Assembly (NCBI GenBank): GCA_963794375.1 | Contig: CAWCDL010000010.1 | Span: 891,996 to 955,995 of the forward strand | DNA: 64,000 nucleotides | Direction: 5' to 3' | From: an uncultured Thermoleophilia bacterium | GTDB lineage: Bacteria > Actinomycetota > Thermoleophilia > Gaiellales > Gaiellaceae | Shown: positions 1-10,809 of the stretch, piece by piece | How the letters are laid out: every line of letters starts with the position of its first letter | Position numbering within the stretch: position 1 is the stretch's first letter | Notes under the pieces: generated by a model | Database searches by the model: none | The model's input: only the letters and a program-made list of their open reading frames with translations | Told to the model about the DNA's origin: nothing | Program-made: the position numbers and the translations under genes

Positions 1-738
1 TCTACGACGGCGACCTGCCGATGAGCCTGCCCGAGTTCGGCGGCATGGACACCGGCTTCAACTGGTACCACGACGCCGACCCGTCCGAGTACGACCTGAT
101 CCTCGCCAACTCCGAAGGTGGCCTCGAGCGGCTGCGCGAGCTCGGCGCCCGGCGCACCGAGGCGGTCTTCTGGGGCGCCGACCCCGACTTCTTCGCGCCG
201 CATGCGGTCGACAAGGAGATGGACGTCTTCTTCTACGGCTACGGCGACAAGTTCCGGCGCGAGTGGATGAAGGCGATGGTCGGGGAGCCGTCGCGGGAGC
301 TGCACGGGATCGACTTCGCGCTCGGCGGCCGCGACTTTCAGGGCGACGTCGGCCGCGCACGGCTCGTGGGCGACATCCCGTTCAACGCATTCGCCGCCGC
401 GATCTCGAAGGCGCACGTCAACCTCTGCATCACGCGCCGCTCCCATGCCTCCGTCTATGCGTCCTCGTCGTGCCGGCCGTTCGAGCTCGCCTCTGCGCGG
501 CGCCGCGATCGTCTCGAACCCCTACGAGGGGATCGAGCGCTGGTTCGAGCCGGGGGAGGAGCTCCTTGTCGTCCACGACGCCGACGAGGCGGTGGCGGCC
601 TACCGGGCGCTGCTCGACGATCCCGCCCAGGCGAACGAGCTGGGCCGGCGCGCGCGCGAGCGCGTGCTCGACGAGCACACCTACCGGCACCGCGCCCGTC
701 AGGTGCTCGACCTGCTCGGCACGGCGGTGGCGGCTTGA
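1..738 (+). pseudogene. CgeB-family (DUF3880-type) glycosyltransferase; 5' end lies outside the window; +1 frameshift near 493-497
   Basis: The gene is open from the window edge in frame 3 (...NLCITRRSHASVYASSSCRPFELAS). The conserved continuation GAAIVSNPYEGIERWFEPGEELLVV...DEHTYRHRA is in frame 1 (ORF 445..738). One surplus nt lies around 495. Stop is TGA 736-738. Confidence 0.75.
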
Positions 739-1448
739 AAGGGCTTGCGATCGTCCCCGCCTTCAACGAGGCGGGCTCGATCGGGAACGTGATCGACGAG
801 ATCCGCGCCTACGACGCAACCCTCGACGTCCTCGTCGTCGACGACGGCTCGGCCGACGAGACCTGCGAGGTGGCGGCCCGTCACGGCGCCGAGGTCGTGC
901 GCCTGCCGTTCAACCTCGGCATCGGCGGCGCCGTCCAGACCGGGTTCCGGTACGCGGCCGGTCTCGGCTACGAGCTCGTCGTCCGCGTCGACGGCGACGG
1001 TCAGCACGACCCCGCGCAGATCGCGCTGCTCATGCCGGCGGTGCTCTCCGACGAGGCCGACATCTGCGTCGGCTCCCGCTTCGCCGGGCCCGGGGGATAT
1101 CGCTCCTCGGCGACGCGCCGGCTCGGGATCCGCCTCCTTGCCGGCACCGTCTCGCTGCTCACGGGCCAGAAGCTGACCGACACCACGAGCGGCTTCCAGG
1201 TGCTGAACCGGCGGGCGATCGAGCTCTTCGCCGACGACTACCCGCACGACTACCCCGAGGTCGAGGCGGCCGTGATGCTCCACAAGCATCGACTGCGGCT
1301 CGTCGAGGTGCCGGTGACGATGCGCGAGCGCGCGACGGGCACCTCGTCGATCACCGCTCTGCGCTCCGTCTACTACATGACGAAGGTGCTCCTCGCCGTG
1401 CTCGTCGGCATGCTCCGCCGCCCCGCGACGCCGCTCGAGGACGCGTGA
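735..1448 (+). CDS. GT2 glycosyltransferase, DPM1/GtrB-like (polyprenyl-phosphate sugar synthase type)
   Basis: TTG 735 overlaps the upstream stop (cTTGA). LAIVPAFNEAGSI...LVVDDGSADET...RVDGDGQHDP is a typical GT-A fold signature. It is the C-terminal part of ORF 21..1448. Confidence 0.85.
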   Translation: MKGLAIVPAFNEAGSIGNVIDEIRAYDATLDVLVVDDGSADETCEVAARHGAEVVRLPFNLGIGGAVQTGFRYAAGLGYELVVRVDGDGQHDPAQIALLMPAVLSDEADICVGSRFAGPGGYRSSATRRLGIRLLAGTVSLLTGQKLTDTTSGFQVLNRRAIELFADDYPHDYPEVEAAVMLHKHRLRLVEVPVTMRERATGTSSITALRSVYYMTKVLLAVLVGMLRRPATPLEDA

Positions 1449-1873
1449 TGCTCGCCGCCGGCCAGACGCCGCTCAAGGTCTCGATCGCCGCTTCGGTCGC
1501 GTCGATCCTGCTGCTGCTGATCGTCTTCGAGCTGATCCGCTCGCGGCGGCTCCGCGAGCGGTACGCGCTGCTGTGGCTCGCGACCGGCGTCGTCCTGCTG
1601 GTGCTGTCGGCGTGGCGCGGCGCCCTGAACGCGATCGCCTCCTGGGCCGGCGTCGAGACCTATCCGCCCGCCGTCCTCTTCGCCGTCGCGCTGCTCTTCG
1701 TCCTCGCCGTGCTCCTCCACTACTCGCTCGTGCTCTCCAAGCTCGGCGACCAGAGCGTCGTGCTCGCCCAGCGGGTCGCGCTGCTCGAGCTCGAGCTCAG
1801 GAAGCGGGATCGCGTCGAAGCGCCGGAGAGCGTCGCAGACGAAGCGGCGGAACCAGCAGCGCGACCGAGCTGA
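1448..1873 (+). CDS. DUF2304-like small membrane protein (usual partner of the GtrB-like GT2)
   Basis: ATG 1448 overlaps the upstream TGA (TGATG). The protein has about 3-4 hydrophobic helices (SIAASVASILLLLIVFELIRSRRL...) and sits immediately after the GT2. Confidence 0.7.
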   Translation: MLAAGQTPLKVSIAASVASILLLLIVFELIRSRRLRERYALLWLATGVVLLVLSAWRGALNAIASWAGVETYPPAVLFAVALLFVLAVLLHYSLVLSKLGDQSVVLAQRVALLELELRKRDRVEAPESVADEAAEPAARPS

Positions 1874-2585
1874 GCAGCACCGCGATCTGCGGCGCTGCTG
1901 CGGCGAGCGACAGCCAGAAGCCCCCGCCCGTATAGGTGCGGTTGACGCCGCGGAGGACGAGCACGGCCAGCCAGCCGGTGACCGCCGCCGCGAGCCACGG
2001 CCGCCGGAGTGCGAGCCCGATCGTCGCCGCGAGCGGAAGGAACGAGAGCAGGGTCGGACTCCAGGTCGTCTCGTGGAACTGGCCGTAGAGCCCGGACCAG
2101 GAGACGTCGATCCACGCGATCGCCGCCGCCACGGCTCCCAGGAGCCCGAGGGCGGCCGCGACCCGCTCCGGCAGGACGACGGTCGCGATGCAGACCGCGA
2201 CGCCGAGCGCGAACCAGCCGGTCCGCTCGAGGCCGACGAACGCCGGCATCACGCGGTGGTCGTACGTGTCGAGGAAGGCGCCGTAGAAGTACAGCCGGCC
2301 TGCGAACGGAAGCAGCGCGTACACGACGCCGGCCGCGACCGCGAACCGCGCTCCTGCGACACGGTGCCCGATCGCCGCGACGCTCGTCGACGCAACAGGC
2401 GCGAGTGCGAGCGCGGCGACCGTCGACCAGCCGAACGACGTCCCGGCGTGTCTTGCGACGAGCAGCACCGACGCGATCGCGAGGACGGCGAGCGCCAGGA
2501 GCGACCGCAGCCCCGGCAGCCCCGGCAGCGGCGGCCGCAGGGCCGCGGTCAGGCTGCGTAGCTCGGCGCGTGCGCTCGATACCAC
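1797..2585 (-). CDS. Integral membrane protein, function unknown
   Basis: This is the hydrophobic multi-helix C-terminal part of ORF 1797..3623 (-). The start is uncertain: GTG 2585 is the first in-frame start and overlaps the fcl stop. The gene overlaps the DUF2304 3' end convergently by 77 nt. Confidence 0.45.
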   Translation of the reverse strand: MVSSARAELRSLTAALRPPLPGLPGLRSLLALAVLAIASVLLVARHAGTSFGWSTVAALALAPVASTSVAAIGHRVAGARFAVAAGVVYALLPFAGRLYFYGAFLDTYDHRVMPAFVGLERTGWFALGVAVCIATVVLPERVAAALGLLGAVAAAIAWIDVSWSGLYGQFHETTWSPTLLSFLPLAATIGLALRRPWLAAAVTGWLAVLVLRGVNRTYTGGGFWLSLAAAAPQIAVLLSSVALLVPPLRLRRSPALRRDPAS

Positions 2586-3469
2586 TCGACCGTCTTCTCC
2601 AGCCCGTCGTGCAGCGACGTCTTCGCCTCGAAGCCGAAGAGCTCGCGCGCCCGGCTCGTGTCGAGGCTCCGCCGCGGCTGGCCGTTCGGCATCTCGGTGT
2701 CCCAGACGATGCGGCCCGAGAAGCCGGTCAGCTCCGCGATCGTCTCCGCCAGGTCGCGGATCGACGTCTCCACGCCCGTGCCGAGGTTGACCGGCTCCCG
2801 GCCGTCGTAGCGCTCGGCGGCGAGCAGCAGCCCCTCGGCGCAGTCGTCCACGTAGAGGAACTCGCGCGTCGGCGACCCGTCGCCCCAGAGCACGACCTCG
2901 TCGTCGCCCGCGAGCATCTTGCGCACGAGCGCCGGGATCACGTGCGACGACTCGAGGTCGAAGTTGTCGCGTGGGCCGTAGAGGTTCGCGGGCAGCAGGA
3001 AAATCGCGTCGAGCCCGTACTGGTCGCGGTAGGCCTGCGCGCCCATGAGCACCGCCTTCTTGGCGACGCCGTACGGCGCGTTCGTCTCCTCCGGGAAGCC
3101 GTCCCACAGCTCGTCCTCGGAGAACGGCACCGGCGTGTGCTTCGGGTACGCGCACACGGTCCCGGCGATCACGACCTTCTCGACGTCGTGCAGCCGCGCG
3201 AGCTCGAGCACGTGGGCGCCCATCATCAGGTTCGCGTACCAGTAACGGCCGGGATGCGAGCGATTGGCGCCGATGCCGCCGACCTCCGCCGCGAGGTGGA
3301 ACACACGCTGCGGTCGGTGCTCGGCGAACGCCGCTTCCGCTTCGTCGAAGCGCGTCAGGTCGTGCTCGGCATGCCGCACGACCACGACGTCGTCGCCGCG
3401 TTCGGCGAGCAGCTCGACGAGATGCGAGCCGAGAAAGCCGGCACCACCTGTGACGAGGACGCGGCTCAC
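2549..3469 (-). CDS. fcl: GDP-L-fucose synthase family (NDP-4-keto-6-deoxyhexose 3,5-epimerase/4-reductase)
   Basis: [13 protein letters not shown]..., [21 protein letters not shown] (YxxxK), [40 protein letters not shown] 3469 overlaps the upstream stop (GTGA). Confidence 0.85.
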   Translation of the reverse strand: MSRVLVTGGAGFLGSHLVELLAERGDDVVVVRHAEHDLTRFDEAEAAFAEHRPQRVFHLAAEVGGIGANRSHPGRYWYANLMMGAHVLELARLHDVEKVVIAGTVCAYPKHTPVPFSEDELWDGFPEETNAPYGVAKKAVLMGAQAYRDQYGLDAIFLLPANLYGPRDNFDLESSHVIPALVRKMLAGDDEVVLWGDGSPTREFLYVDDCAEGLLLAAERYDGREPVNLGTGVETSIRDLAETIAELTGFSGRIVWDTEMPNGQPRRSLDTSRARELFGFEAKTSLHDGLEKTVEWYRAHAPSYAA

Positions 3470-4611
3470 CGGGCCTCCGCTCCCCGGCGGACGTGCCAGT
3501 CGACGCGGCCCACCCAGCGGTCGCGGTTCGACGCATACCACTCGATCGTGCGGCGCACGCCCTCCTCCCACGAGACCTTTGGCTCCCAGCCGGTCTCGTT
3601 CTTGAGCTTCTCGTAGCCGACACGCAGCGCCATCACGTCGGTGACGCCGGGGCGCAGGCGCTTCTCGTCGATCACGACGTGACGGTCGCCGTCCCAGTAT
3701 CCGTTCGCCTCGCCGACCCGCAGGATCAGCTCGGACCAGTCCGCCATCGAGGTGTTCTCGCCCTGGCCGTAGACGTAGTGGTCGCCGGCGATCCCCTTCG
3801 CGGCGACGGTCAGGTGGCCGCGGACGCCGTCGGTGCAGAAGCAGAAGTCCCGTAGCGGGTCGAGCGCGCCCAGCTCGACCTCGGGCCGCGTCAGCGCCTG
3901 CGTGATGATCGTGCCGGTCACGTAGCGCGGGTTCTGGCGCGGCCCGTAGTTGTTGAACATGCGCGTGACGACACCCGGCACGCCGTACGCGTCGTGGTAG
4001 TTCATCGTCAGGAAGTCCGCCGCGACCTTCGCGGTCGCGTAGATCGACTTCGGGTTGATCGGCGACCGCTCGTGCAGGATCAGCGAGCCAGACTCGTCGA
4101 AGTCGTGGTGATGCGCGACCGCCTCGCGCACGTTCCCGTACTCCTCGGAGGTGCCCGCCGTGTCGAACTTCTCGAGCTCGACGCTGTGGTCGACGATCGA
4201 CTGCAGCAGGTTGAGCGTGCCGACCGTGTTCGCCATCACCGTCTCGTACGGGCGATGCCACGACTCGCCGACGTGCGCCTGCGCGCCCAGGTGGAACACG
4301 TACGGGCGGTCGGGAGCATTGACGAGATGGTCGCGGACGAGGTAGTCGACCGACGTCCGGTCTGTCAGGTCGGCGAAGACGACGGTGAGGTCGTTGCGCA
4401 GATGCCCGATGTTGTTGAGGGCGCCCGACGAGGTTGCGCGGACGAACGCGATCACGCGGGCGCCGAGCCCGACGAGCGCATCCGTCAGGTGGCTGCCCAT
4501 GAACCCATCGGCGCCTGTGACGAGGCACGTGCGGTCGCGGTAGGCATCGCCGAACTCGGCCTTCAGGACAGCTGCCGCGTCGGCGCCCCAGGTCTGCTCT
4601 GATGACGTCAT
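3466..4611 (-). CDS. NDP-sugar 4,6-dehydratase (extended SDR, RmlB-like); probable GDP-mannose 4,6-dehydratase partner of fcl
   Basis: [14 protein letters not shown] Rossmann motif, [17 protein letters not shown] (YxxxK), [12 protein letters not shown] at 4611 (MTSSEQ). Confidence 0.8.
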   Translation of the reverse strand: MTSSEQTWGADAAAVLKAEFGDAYRDRTCLVTGADGFMGSHLTDALVGLGARVIAFVRATSSGALNNIGHLRNDLTVVFADLTDRTSVDYLVRDHLVNAPDRPYVFHLGAQAHVGESWHRPYETVMANTVGTLNLLQSIVDHSVELEKFDTAGTSEEYGNVREAVAHHHDFDESGSLILHERSPINPKSIYATAKVAADFLTMNYHDAYGVPGVVTRMFNNYGPRQNPRYVTGTIITQALTRPEVELGALDPLRDFCFCTDGVRGHLTVAAKGIAGDHYVYGQGENTSMADWSELILRVGEANGYWDGDRHVVIDEKRLRPGVTDVMALRVGYEKLKNETGWEPKVSWEEGVRRTIEWYASNRDRWVGRVDWHVRRGAEAR

Positions 4612-4635
4612 GGGCTCCAAGGCTACTCGGGGATT

Positions 4636-5289
4636 GTGAGCAATTCGTCGGGCGGCGCGGGCTCCTACTTCAGCCAGGAGCGGCCTGAGCTCGTCGCGCG
4701 GCTGCCCGCCAGGCTCGGGCGCGTGCTCGACATCGGGTGCGGCGCCGGCGGGGTCGGCAGGGCGATCCGCGCGCGCGCCGACGCCCTTGTCGGCATCGAG
4801 CTCGACCCCACCGCAGCAGACGTCGCGCGCGAGGTCTACGACGAGGTGCTGACGGGGAGGGTCGAGGACGTGCTCGGCGACCTGTCGGGCATGTTCGACA
4901 CGATCCTCGCCTACGACGTCCTCGAGCACCTCGCCGACCCCGGCGCCGTGCTGCGTCGGCTCCGCTCGCTCGCCGCCGCCGACGCGCTGCTCCACGCCTC
5001 GCTGCCGAACGCCCGTCACTGGACGCTCGTCCGCGACCTCGTCATTCACGGCACGTTCGGCTACACGGACTGGGGTCATCGCGACCGCACGCACCTCCGC
5101 TGGCTGACGCGGTCGGATCTCGTGCGGCTGCTCGAGGAGAGCGGCTGGCAGGTCGAGCGGACGCTGCACGCGCCGCTCACCCCCGCGGGCCGCGTCGCCG
5201 AGCGCCTGACGCGTGGGCTCAGCGCCGAGTTCCTCGTCTACCAGTGGTCGGCGCTAGCGCGCCCCGGAGACGTGCTCGTCGAAGTGTGA
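4636..5289 (+). CDS. Class I SAM-dependent methyltransferase
   Basis: [12 protein letters not shown] (motif I), [13 protein letters not shown], and the size (217 aa) fit the family. GTG start. Confidence 0.85.
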   Translation: MSNSSGGAGSYFSQERPELVARLPARLGRVLDIGCGAGGVGRAIRARADALVGIELDPTAADVAREVYDEVLTGRVEDVLGDLSGMFDTILAYDVLEHLADPGAVLRRLRSLAAADALLHASLPNARHWTLVRDLVIHGTFGYTDWGHRDRTHLRWLTRSDLVRLLEESGWQVERTLHAPLTPAGRVAERLTRGLSAEFLVYQWSALARPGDVLVEV

Positions 5290-6243
5290 CGGCAGGTTGC
5301 CGCTCGCCCGCAGCCGGAGCAGGCCGAGCTGCCGCGAGAGCGCCTCGCGGAACGAGACCGTGGCGAGCCCGAACGGCGCGTGGAGCGGCCCCCGAACGAG
5401 CCCGATGCGCGTCCCGCGCCGGCGCTCGCGAATCGGGTCGAGCTCGCGGCGCACGACGAGGTGCACGACGAGCACCGGCCAGTCGAGCGCGGCGATCTTC
5501 GCCCGGGTCGCGATCCCGCGCCGCCCGACTCGGTAGCGGGCGAGCACGTAGCCGCGGCCGAACGCCTCGAGGCGACGTTGTGCCGGTGACGCCGCGCCCA
5601 GCGTCTGGCCGTGCTTGTGGAGGGCGCGGGCTTCGGGAGCGCGCACGCAGCGGTGGCGGGCGAGTTGCAGCCGAAGCGCCAGGTCGACGTCCTCCCAGTA
5701 GGCGAAGAACGTCTCGTCGAAGCCGCCCACCTCGCGGAAGACGGCCGTCCGGTAGGCGGCGGCGCCGCCGCACGGCCCGACCGGCTGGGCGGCGCCGGTG
5801 AGCTCCCCGACCGGCCGGTTCCAGAGCGCGTCCCACGACCGGAGCGTCGTGTCGAGCTCGATCCCCGCCGTGTCGATCAGACCCGGCCGGCCGTACTGCA
5901 GCAGGACGCCCGCGACCGACGAGACGCTCTCGTCGCCGAGCGGCGCGAGCAGTCGCTCGAGGAACGTGGGCTCGCAGACGACGTCGTTGTTGATCAGGAC
6001 GACCGCCTCCGTCGTCACCTCGGCGACGCCCCGGTTCACGGCACGGCCGAAACCCGTGTTCTCGGGAAGGCGCACGACCGACACGTGCGGGAAGCGCTCC
6101 GCGAGCATCTCGGCCGTGCCGTCGGTCGACGCGTTGTCGACCACGACGACGTCGTGCTGGACGGTCTGGGCCGCGAGGGCGGTGAGCGTCTCCGAGAGGA
6201 GCCCGACCGCGTTGAAGGTGGGAATGACGACTGTCGCCCGCAT
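5254..6243 (-). CDS. GT2 glycosyltransferase (rhamnosyltransferase-like)
   Basis: ATVVIPTFN, VVVVDNASTDGT, ENTGFGRAVNRG, VLINNDV, GGAAAYR...GGFDETFFAYWEDVDL. Confidence 0.85.
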   Translation of the reverse strand: MRATVVIPTFNAVGLLSETLTALAAQTVQHDVVVVDNASTDGTAEMLAERFPHVSVVRLPENTGFGRAVNRGVAEVTTEAVVLINNDVVCEPTFLERLLAPLGDESVSSVAGVLLQYGRPGLIDTAGIELDTTLRSWDALWNRPVGELTGAAQPVGPCGGAAAYRTAVFREVGGFDETFFAYWEDVDLALRLQLARHRCVRAPEARALHKHGQTLGAASPAQRRLEAFGRGYVLARYRVGRRGIATRAKIAALDWPVLVVHLVVRRELDPIRERRRGTRIGLVRGPLHAPFGLATVSFREALSRQLGLLRLRASGNLPSHFDEHVSGAR

Positions 6244-6264
6244 CGACGGGCACGATAAGCATCG

Positions 6265-7713
6265 GTGAGTACGTCGGACGCAGCCCCCGACCTCCTGTCG
6301 ACTCCTGCGGCCGGTGGGCGCGTCGTCCGCGGCGGTCTCGTGCGCGCCGTCGGCTACGGCATCGGCACCCTGCTCGCGGCCGGCACGGCCGTCCTCCTGC
6401 TACGGCACCTCGGCCCCGACAACTTCGGCCGCTACGCCTCCGTCGCAGCGCTCCTCGGCATCGTCAGCGGCATCAGCGACGCGGGCCTGACGGCGGTCGG
6501 CTCGCGCGAGCTCGCGCTCGCCGGCGCGGCCGACCGGCCGCGGCTCCTTCGCAACCTCGTCACGCTGCGTCTCGTCGTCACCCCGATCGGCATCGCCGCC
6601 GCAGCGGCCTTCGCGGCCGTCGCCTACGACCGCGCGATGCTCTGGGGGACGCTGCTCGGCGGGCTCGGAGTCCTGCTCGTGAACACCCAGGCGACGATGA
6701 TGATGCCGCTGTCCGTCGAGCTGCGTCTCGGCACCGTGACTGCATTCGAAGTCGCGAAGGCGGCATTGACGTTCGTCGCCGTCCTCGTGCTCGTCGTGCT
6801 CGGCTCGTCGCTCGTGCCCTTGCTCGGCGCGCAGATCCCGGTCGGCCTGGTCGTGATCGTGCTGACGCCGCTCGCGGTGCCAATCGGCCGCGGGCTCGTG
6901 CCCGGCTTCGATCGGGCGGTGGCAGCCCGGCTCGTGCGCGAGGCGCTGCCGCTCGCGGTCGCGCTGACGATGAACGTCGTCTACTTCCGCGTCCTGATGA
7001 TCATGACCTCGCTCCTTGCGTCGAAGAGCGAGACGGGTCTGTATGCCACATCGTTCCAGGTCTTTGCGGTTCTCTTCTCGCTGCCGCTGCTCGTCCTCTC
7101 CTCGGCGCTGCCGCTGCTTTCCGTGGCGGGGCGTGACGACGACGAGCGGCTCCGCTTCGCACTGCAGCGCATGACCGAGGTGTCGCTCGCGGCAGCTGTC
7201 GTGATCGTGATCGTGATCGTCGCGCTCGCGCCGACGCTCGTGCCGCTTCTGGGTGGCGGCCGGTACCGCGACGCTGCAGGCGTCCTGCAGATCCAGGCCT
7301 TCGCGCTCCTGCCGGTGTTCGTCGGACAGGTCTGGCAGCTGGGGCTGCTCGCCCTGCGGCGCCAGTCGGCGCTCGCCTGGGCCAACGCCGGCGCGCTCGT
7401 GCTCGTCGTCGTGCTCGGCGCCGTCCTCATCCCCGCGTGGGCGGCGAAGGGCGCGGCATCCGCCGCCGTCGCCGGGGAGACGGGGCTGGCGGTGCTCGTC
7501 TACCTGTTCCTGCGGCGCGCGGCTCCGCTCGTCGCGCCGCGCCCCGGGCTCGTCCCGCGCGTCGCCGTCGCGGCCGTGCCCGCGTTCGCGGCGCTCGCGC
7601 TGCCGGTGCCTTGGCCGGCGACGCTCGCGCTCTCGCTCGTCCTCTTCGCCGGCATCGCGCTTGCCGTCCGGGCGATCCCGTTCGAGCTCTTTCACGCGCT
7701 GCGCGGCCGATGA
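6265..7713 (+). CDS. Wzx-type (MOP superfamily) oligosaccharide flippase / polysaccharide biosynthesis protein
   Basis: 482 aa with about 12-14 predicted TM helices. The N-terminus (GGLVRAVGYGIGTLL...FGRYASV) is typical of the polysaccharide biosynthesis protein family. Confidence 0.8.
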   Translation: MSTSDAAPDLLSTPAAGGRVVRGGLVRAVGYGIGTLLAAGTAVLLLRHLGPDNFGRYASVAALLGIVSGISDAGLTAVGSRELALAGAADRPRLLRNLVTLRLVVTPIGIAAAAAFAAVAYDRAMLWGTLLGGLGVLLVNTQATMMMPLSVELRLGTVTAFEVAKAALTFVAVLVLVVLGSSLVPLLGAQIPVGLVVIVLTPLAVPIGRGLVPGFDRAVAARLVREALPLAVALTMNVVYFRVLMIMTSLLASKSETGLYATSFQVFAVLFSLPLLVLSSALPLLSVAGRDDDERLRFALQRMTEVSLAAAVVIVIVIVALAPTLVPLLGGGRYRDAAGVLQIQAFALLPVFVGQVWQLGLLALRRQSALAWANAGALVLVVVLGAVLIPAWAAKGAASAAVAGETGLAVLVYLFLRRAAPLVAPRPGLVPRVAVAAVPAFAALALPVPWPATLALSLVLFAGIALAVRAIPFELFHALRGR

Positions 7714-8814
7714 GCCGCCCGCGCGTCGTCCTCCTCCGCGGCCACGACGCCAACCCGTGGGACCTGCGCCCGTGGGAGCTGCTCGCCGACCGCTACGACG
7801 TCCGCGTGCTCGTCACCGCCTCCAACCGCTTCGACCTCGGCACGCTCGCCCTGCCGGTGACGCGCGTCGCGGCGCTCCGCGACCGCCTGCCGCGCGGACG
7901 TGTCGGCGACCTCGCCGCGCTCGCGGCCGGCGACCGCTATCTCGGGCTCGAGGACGCGCTCGCCGGCGCAGAGATCGTCCACGCCGCCGAGCTCGGCGTG
8001 CCCTACAGTCACGGCCCGGCGCTGCTCAAGGAACGGCTCGGGTTCCGGCTCGTGCTGACCGTCTGGGAGACGATCCCCTTCGGCGACGCGTACCGCCGCT
8101 TCCGCGGCCGCCGCCAGCGGCGCGAGACGATGCCGAAGGTCGATCTGTTCCTCGCCGCGACCGAGCGGGCGCGGCGCGGGCTTCTGCTCGAGGGTGCACC
8201 CGACGAGCGGATCCTCGTCTCGGCGCCGGGCATCGACACCTCCCGGTTCTCGGTCACCGAGCCGCCGGCGACGCATCTCGTGCTGTCGGTCGGGCGCCTC
8301 GTCTGGGAGAAGGGCCACCAGGATCTCCTGCGAGCCCTCGCGTGGCTCCGGCAGGAGGGGCGAGACGTGCGCGCGCTCGTGGTCGGTGCGGGGCCGGAGG
8401 AGGAGCGCCTCCACGCCCATGCCCGCGACCTCGGCGTCGCCGGCCTCGGTCGAGTGGCGGCGCTCGGTCCCGTACGACGAGATGCCCGGCGTCTTCGCCC
8501 ACTCCTCGTGCTTCGTGCTCGCGAGCCTGCCGACGACGTTCTGGGAGGAGCAGTTCGGGATGGTGCTCGCGGAGGCGTCTGCGGCGGGGCTGCCGGTCGT
8601 TGCCGCCGAGTCGGGTGCGATCCCCGAGGTCCTGCGCGGCGAGGGGACGCTGTTTCCGGCGGGCGACTGGCGCGGGCTCGCCGAAGCGCTGCGCCCGATC
8701 CTCGAGCGGCCGCCGGAACGGCGGCGACCGGAGGCCCTCGTCGCCGCCTATTCGACCGAGGCGGCCGCCGAGCGGGTCGCGGCGGCCTACGAGCGCGTGC
8801 TCAGCTCGGCATAG
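7710..8814 (+). pseudogene. GT4 glycosyltransferase with a +1 frameshift near 8442
   Basis: ATG 7710 overlaps the flippase stop (ATGA). Frame 3 reads to ...VGAGPEEERLHAHARDLGVA. The conserved continuation SVEWRRSVPYDEMPGVFAHSSCFVLASL...EEQFGMVLAEASAAGLPVVA is in ORF 8194..8814. Total length is 3n+1. Confidence 0.75.
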
Positions 8815-9839
8815 ACGGCGTCGGTGGCCCGCGCGGTCTGCTCCCACGAGTAGAGCGCCGCCCGCGCGAGACCGCGCTCGATCCACGGCGCACGGTCGGA
8901 GAGCACCTCGGCGACGCCCGCGGCGATCGCCTCCGGGTCGTGCGGGTCGAAGAGGCGCGCGGCGTCGCCCGCCACCTCGGGCAGCGCCCCCGCGTTCGAG
9001 CACGCGACCGGGCACGCGCACGCCATTGCCTCGAGAACCGGCAGGCCGAAGCCCTCGTAGAGCGACGGGAAGACGAGCGCCGACGCGCTGCGCAAGAGGG
9101 CAACCAGCCGGGCGCGCGGCACGAGGCCGAGATCCTCGACGCCCTCCGGCACCGACCCGTTGCCGCCGCCGCCCGTCAGCACGAGCCGAAGCTCGGGATG
9201 TGCACGACGGAGCACCGCGAAGGCGGCGAAGAGCCGCTCGTGGTTCTTGTGCGGCCAGCGCCGCGCGGGGTAGAGCAGGAACGTCTCGCGCTCGCCGCCC
9301 GGCGTCAGCTCGGCGTGGTCGATGCCGCTCGGGACGACCCGGATGCGCTCGTCTGCGAGCCCGAGGCGCTCGACCGCCCGCGCGCGGACGAACTCGCTCA
9401 GCACGATCACGCGGTCGGCGCCGCGGATCGACGGGTGCCAGACGAGACGGCGGAAGAGGAGCTCGCTGCGCGGGAAGAGCCCGGGCAGCTCGAGGTGCTG
9501 CACGTCGTGCAGCGTGACGACGCTCGGCGCGAGCCCGGAGGGGATACGGATCGTCAGCGGGTAGTGAACGACGTCGGCGTCCGCGAGGAGCGCGCGGAGC
9601 GGCGCCGGGCGCGCGGCTGCGGCGCCCATCGCGACGATCCGCTCGCGGGGTGTTCGCGCGAGCCGGTACGGCGCCGCCACCGCGGGCAGGCCTTCCGCCG
9701 CCTCCGGCGCTGCCGGCGGCAGCAGCACGCGGTAGTCGTGGCTGCCGACCTCCTGGAGGCCGCGCAGGAGCCCGCGGACGTAGGTCTCGCTGCCGCCGAG
9801 CTCGCCCGGCACCAGCGTCAGCAGCGAGATGCCGATCAT
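8787..9839 (-). CDS. GT4 glycosyltransferase
   Basis: GGSETYVRGL, VVTLHDV, VLSEF, and the C-terminal FPSLYEGFGLPVLEAMACACPV EX7E motif. Confidence 0.85.
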   Translation of the reverse strand: MIGISLLTLVPGELGGSETYVRGLLRGLQEVGSHDYRVLLPPAAPEAAEGLPAVAAPYRLARTPRERIVAMGAAAARPAPLRALLADADVVHYPLTIRIPSGLAPSVVTLHDVQHLELPGLFPRSELLFRRLVWHPSIRGADRVIVLSEFVRARAVERLGLADERIRVVPSGIDHAELTPGGERETFLLYPARRWPHKNHERLFAAFAVLRRAHPELRLVLTGGGGNGSVPEGVEDLGLVPRARLVALLRSASALVFPSLYEGFGLPVLEAMACACPVACSNAGALPEVAGDAARLFDPHDPEAIAAGVAEVLSDRAPWIERGLARAALYSWEQTARATDAVYAELSTRS

Positions 9840-9874
9840 TCACGCGATCGTAGTGCCCCTCGGCCGAGGCGCGG

Positions 9875-10690
9875 CTAGTGCGTGAAGTACTCGAAGAGGT
9901 CGTTTGCCGTGCCCGTGTGACGGCCGGTCGAGTCGACTCGGTAGCCGGTGTCCTTGAAGCCGAGTGCGGGCAGGGCGTCGCAAGTGAGCCCGTAACCCTC
10001 TCCGAACGATGCAGGCGTCGCGCCGGTGTAGTGAGGATCGGTGCTCGGCTGGCCGGCCACGAGGTCGAGGAACGTTCCTGCGGCGATCGCGGCGCCGTCC
10101 TGCCAGGTGTCCCCGGCGGCGGCGCAGTACCCGAGACGACCGGCGTGCGCGACGACCGGCGGGGCGACGTAGGTCTCGAAGGCGTGGTCGAAGCCGATGT
10201 CGTTCCAGCCCCCTCCACTGTTGTAGAGGCCCTGACCGCCCGCGTAGACGTTGCTGGAGTTGCAGTACCAGCTCCACTGCCCCGCCGACGTGCTCGACAG
10301 CGTGATCGCGTACGTCGTTCCGGTGACGACGCTCGCCGGGGAGCCGAATGCGACGTCGTAGCTCGTCTCCGACGAGCCGACCGATCCGGCGGGAACATCG
10401 ACCGTCGAGAGCACCGTGCCCGGGATCCCGCCGCTCACCGTCGTGATCGACACCGTCAGGTCGATACCTGCGTCGTTCGCGAGCGGAAGCACCACGTCGG
10501 TGAGGAGACCTGTCCGTCCGGCGGTGAAGGTCTGCGCCTTCGAGAAGGTCGGCGGCCCGTAGCCGATTCCCGACGAGCACCCACCTTCCACAGCCGACTG
10601 GTCGAGGACGGCACCGGACGTGACCGCGCCTGCCCCGGCGGCCGCGATCAGCGCCACGGCGGCGACGGCGATCGGAAGCGAGCGTCTCAC
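9875..10690 (-). CDS. Secreted hypothetical protein (signal peptide, beta-rich, Cys-containing)
   Basis: GTG 10690 is preceded by GGAGG about 9 nt upstream. The N-terminus RRSLPIAVAAVALIAAAGAGA is a signal peptide. I recognise no family. Confidence 0.6.
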   Translation of the reverse strand: MRRSLPIAVAAVALIAAAGAGAVTSGAVLDQSAVEGGCSSGIGYGPPTFSKAQTFTAGRTGLLTDVVLPLANDAGIDLTVSITTVSGGIPGTVLSTVDVPAGSVGSSETSYDVAFGSPASVVTGTTYAITLSSTSAGQWSWYCNSSNVYAGGQGLYNSGGGWNDIGFDHAFETYVAPPVVAHAGRLGYCAAAGDTWQDGAAIAAGTFLDLVAGQPSTDPHYTGATPASFGEGYGLTCDALPALGFKDTGYRVDSTGRHTGTANDLFEYFTH

Positions 10691-10809
10691 CTGACAGAAC
10701 CTCCGCGAGAAAAGGAACGGGACCCCGAGCTCGCGGGTGAGCTTTTCAGGCTCGGCGGACGGTGGCCTCGTTACAGCGCCGTAACCAGGCCGCTTTACAC
10801 TCCCGCGGG

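Noticed and set aside
21-1448. A single 475-aa ORF that could be read as a fused CgeB-like/GT2 protein.
   Set aside because: The segment from about 495 to 735 in this frame is Arg/Pro junk, while the conserved CgeB C-terminus is in another frame and ends at 738. The GT2 gene has its own TTG start at 735. I interpret this as two genes, the first frameshifted.
1797-1873. The 77-nt convergent overlap between the DUF2304 gene and the minus-strand membrane protein, considered as a sign that one call is wrong.
   Set aside because: I kept both calls at reduced confidence. Both tails are low-complexity and either stop could be real. I cannot decide without homologues.
7253-10398. Very long Arg/Ala/Pro/Gly-rich ORFs such as 7253..9517 (+), 7437..9878 (+) beyond about 8450, and 8254..10398 (-). 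Similar ones lie at 37265..40567 (-), 40856..44194 (-), 45259..47391 (-) and 48213..50279 (-).
   Set aside because: Their composition is typical of off-frame translation in very GC-rich DNA. Each overlaps well-conserved genes read in another frame or strand, and none carries a recognisable motif.
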